Origin: Marsupella aquatica
Taxonomy: Eukaryota > Plantae > Marchantiophyta
NCBI GenBank assembly: GCA_973895155.1
Contig: OZ316899.1
Span: 1,015,573-1,079,572 of the forward strand
Direction of reading: 5' to 3'
Length of the DNA: 64,000 nucleotides
In this document: in pieces, positions 61,513 through 64,000 of the stretch
How positions within the stretch are numbered: position 1 is the first letter of the stretch
Layout of the letters: every line of letters starts with the position of its first letter
Made by a program: the position numbers and the translations under genes
Notes under the pieces: generated by a model
Database searches by the model: none
Told to the model about the DNA's origin: nothing
Seen by the model: the letters and a program-made list of their open reading frames with translations, nothing else

Positions 61513-64000
61513 CACGGGTAACGTGTCACTTAACCAAACCCAGGTCGTAGATTAGGTCTTATACGGTCATTAGGACCATAGCCGTAGCGTAGAATAGCAC
61601 GTATAGCCGTCTGTTGCCATTATGAATAGATTAGGAGTAGGTTAAGTTGACAGAATGATTACGAATTTAGGAGGAGGATTATTACGCGCGACCAAGGTAC
61701 AGTGGCGGCGACGGAGTAAAAATCCGTTAGGAGCATCACGCTTGGACCGAGGCGCCGACTTCAGCTCATTACTAACGACCAAAATGGCCTGGCCTTCTCA
61801 CGCTCGGGCTCACCCTGGCACCTCCATAAGAGAGGAGCCAATGGCACTGCGGGCCATTTGCTCATTTCTACCTTTCGGAATTTGTGGACGCTGCCATTCA
61901 CTCACCTTTTTGCTCGAATCAAGCTGACCTTTACAAGGAGATTATCGAGAGATAAGAGCGGGTTGTGGCGAGATTTAGTTAGGACAAGGAAGGCCTCCAC
62001 CAGTAAGCAGACCAAACAGCGGGAACGCGGACTCGACAAACTAGACTACAAAGGTTAGTATGACCCTTACAGCCTTGGGATTTTGGACCTTGTTTGGCGA
62101 CGTAGGTGCTAAGTTCTCCAAGACTTACTAGTACTCTTGTCCCGAGAAAGCCGCTTATGAACGAAGATACGCAAAGCTGGTGGCCAAGGTAGCACAGGTT
62201 AATTGCGAGAAGACAGCCATCACCAGAGATTCCAGCTACAACGAGCTGCGAGACTACATCACCGAGCTATATCTCAACGAGGAAGGGCTTAGATCGGTAG
62301 CAAAGGCGATTCTTGAAGTCCCCGCAAAGTTCTTTAGGCTAAAGGGCAGCCAGCGGCTTACTCAAGCGGAGTTTGACAAGATCCCGGGGTACCTAGACCA
62401 GCAGATCGCAGCCGAAAGGCGCCAAGAAGACATCAGCAGACAACGGGAAGCGGCGCGTAACCTTACGTTCCTCGGGGAAATGTCCAACGCCTTCAACTGG
62501 GATATGGCAACACCAACACCACCAGCGCCTCAGCCGATGACCACCGGCGTACCACCGAACCAGTCCCAAGTCCGCCCCGTGAACAATACCGAGTGTTCTT
62601 TGGGTTTCGAGCGAGTTAGTCCGCATCTCGAGCAGCGTTCTTGTAAGCAGGCAAGAACGACGCCGGCACCCAAATCGACAACACGAACCAACGCCGCTCC
62701 TGCACCTGCCCCAACAAACCCCCCGGCCAACCAGACCCGACGGCCCCCGGATAATCCCAAGTCTAACTTATTACAGGTAATCCGCGTTCCCGAGGTAGTC
62801 TGGATCGCGATCAAGAAACTCAACCACACGGAATATCTCAAGGAGCATCAGTTAGAGCAGTTCGCTCACTTGCTATGGAGACCGTGCTTGGCCGGGCCAA
62901 AGGAGATTTGTGAGTTCATCTCCAATTTCGACACCGACGCATCGACCACTAAGGTTTCAGGGCAGACCTTATCACTCACGGAGCATCGGTTGGCACAGAT
63001 CTTCTGCATGCCAAGCGGACCGGTGCCGGTTGAACTCCGAATTTGGGATGAGGAGTATACACCTCGACACTTCAAACCCGAAGGTAAGACAAACAACGGA
63101 TACAAGCAGGGGTCATGCACCAACTTAATCTGCATGGAGCGGCTTAACTTCATACGGACTACCCTACACATGATTGAGCCACGATCCAAGATTTCCCTCT
63201 GCACGATCGTGCAGGTGGAACAGTACAAACGGCGGAACTGGGCCCAATTCTTTTACCGAAGGTTCTCGGGAGAGCTTAAGCGGGCTCAGGGAGGTATGGC
63301 TATTGGGGGGAAGACTTACTTGGGAAGTCATATCGCCATCATCCTCGCCTGGTACAAAGCACGGCGGGAGGCCAGGGGAAAGAATATGGCCACCTCAGCC
63401 CCGACTAATGTCACCCCCGCCCCAGAAGAGGCAACCCCAAGTGGGCGGACTACCGTCCCTTGGGCAAACCCCAAGCCGGAGGCCCCGACTAATACTCCGT
63501 CACCTCCTCCTGTCAAAATTCCGCCGCCCCCTTCCGTCGAGCCTCCGCTACCCGCAGTACCACCACCCCCAATTCCTCCACCACCTGAAGAAACCTTCCC
63601 CTCCCCAGCGCAGACTACGGAGGAGATCATTGCCCCGCCCGAGGAACCACCGGTACCCGAGAGGATGGAGGACTACCAAATAGCCCCGGAGACCATGGCC
63701 TACGACCTGGTCCAGAAGTTTAGCCAGACTATGTTTGGGGAGCTGGCGATGTACATCGAACAACAAGTCTCGACGTACTTTCAACCAGCCTTCTTCATGT
63801 TAGAGCACCAACCACGGATCGTCGGCCGCTTGGAAGAAGAACTCATGGCGAAGGGGAATGAGATCGGGCGACTCCAAATGCTGGTGGAACACCTCGAGGA
63901 GGAGGCCACTACCCGCCGCGAGGAGTTAGCCCGCACCGTCGAACAGCGAGACGGACTAACCCAGGAGTTGAGTGGGGCACAAGCAGATCTCAAGAAGCTG
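61508..64000 (+). mobile_element. Family F LTR (5' part, runs off the window)
   Basis: Starts TGTGAC in the middle of a gag knuckle; carries a homologue of the 878-aa ORF. Confidence 0.8.
62060..64000 (+). pseudogene. LTR-embedded accessory ORF of family F; one early TAG (62129-62131), otherwise open to the window end
   Basis: Manual translation: ALGFWTLF, EFDKIP, YLKEHQLEQFAHLLW..EFISNFD..LAQIFCMP, RRNWAQFF, IGGKTYLGSHIAIILAWY, Pro-rich linker, coiled coil. Confidence 0.85.

Overview
The window is an almost pure nest of plant Ty3/gypsy LTR retrotransposons. I find no host gene, RNA gene or CRISPR array. A non-seed plant such as a bryophyte is my guess, not a result. Family labels A-G are mine. 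One element is structurally complete: family A, 43863-57953, minus strand. It has a 5-bp target-site duplication (CAGAC), two 4002-bp LTRs about 0.5% apart, a tRNA-Asn-type PBS, and a gag-pol frame broken by one TGG>TAG. Around it are decayed or truncated elements of several non-chromovirus families and one chromovirus. Main observation: the non-chromovirus LTRs are giant (2.6-4 kb) and themselves carry a large sense-strand ORF. In element A it is intact (878 aa) and present in both LTRs. Recognisable homologues sit inside the LTRs of at least four other families here (B/B', F, D, D'). The layout is an N-terminal 'FW' domain, a central 'LPW...FGLP' domain and a C-terminal coiled coil; D/D' appear to lack the FW domain. 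The central domain shows a purifying-selection signature. This looks like an LTR-borne accessory gene system of unknown function. Associated oddities are integrase ORFs reading through the PPT into the LTR, conserved U3-terminal hairpins, family-specific short-motif arrays and insertions landing mostly in other LTRs. All counts are manual; no searches were run.
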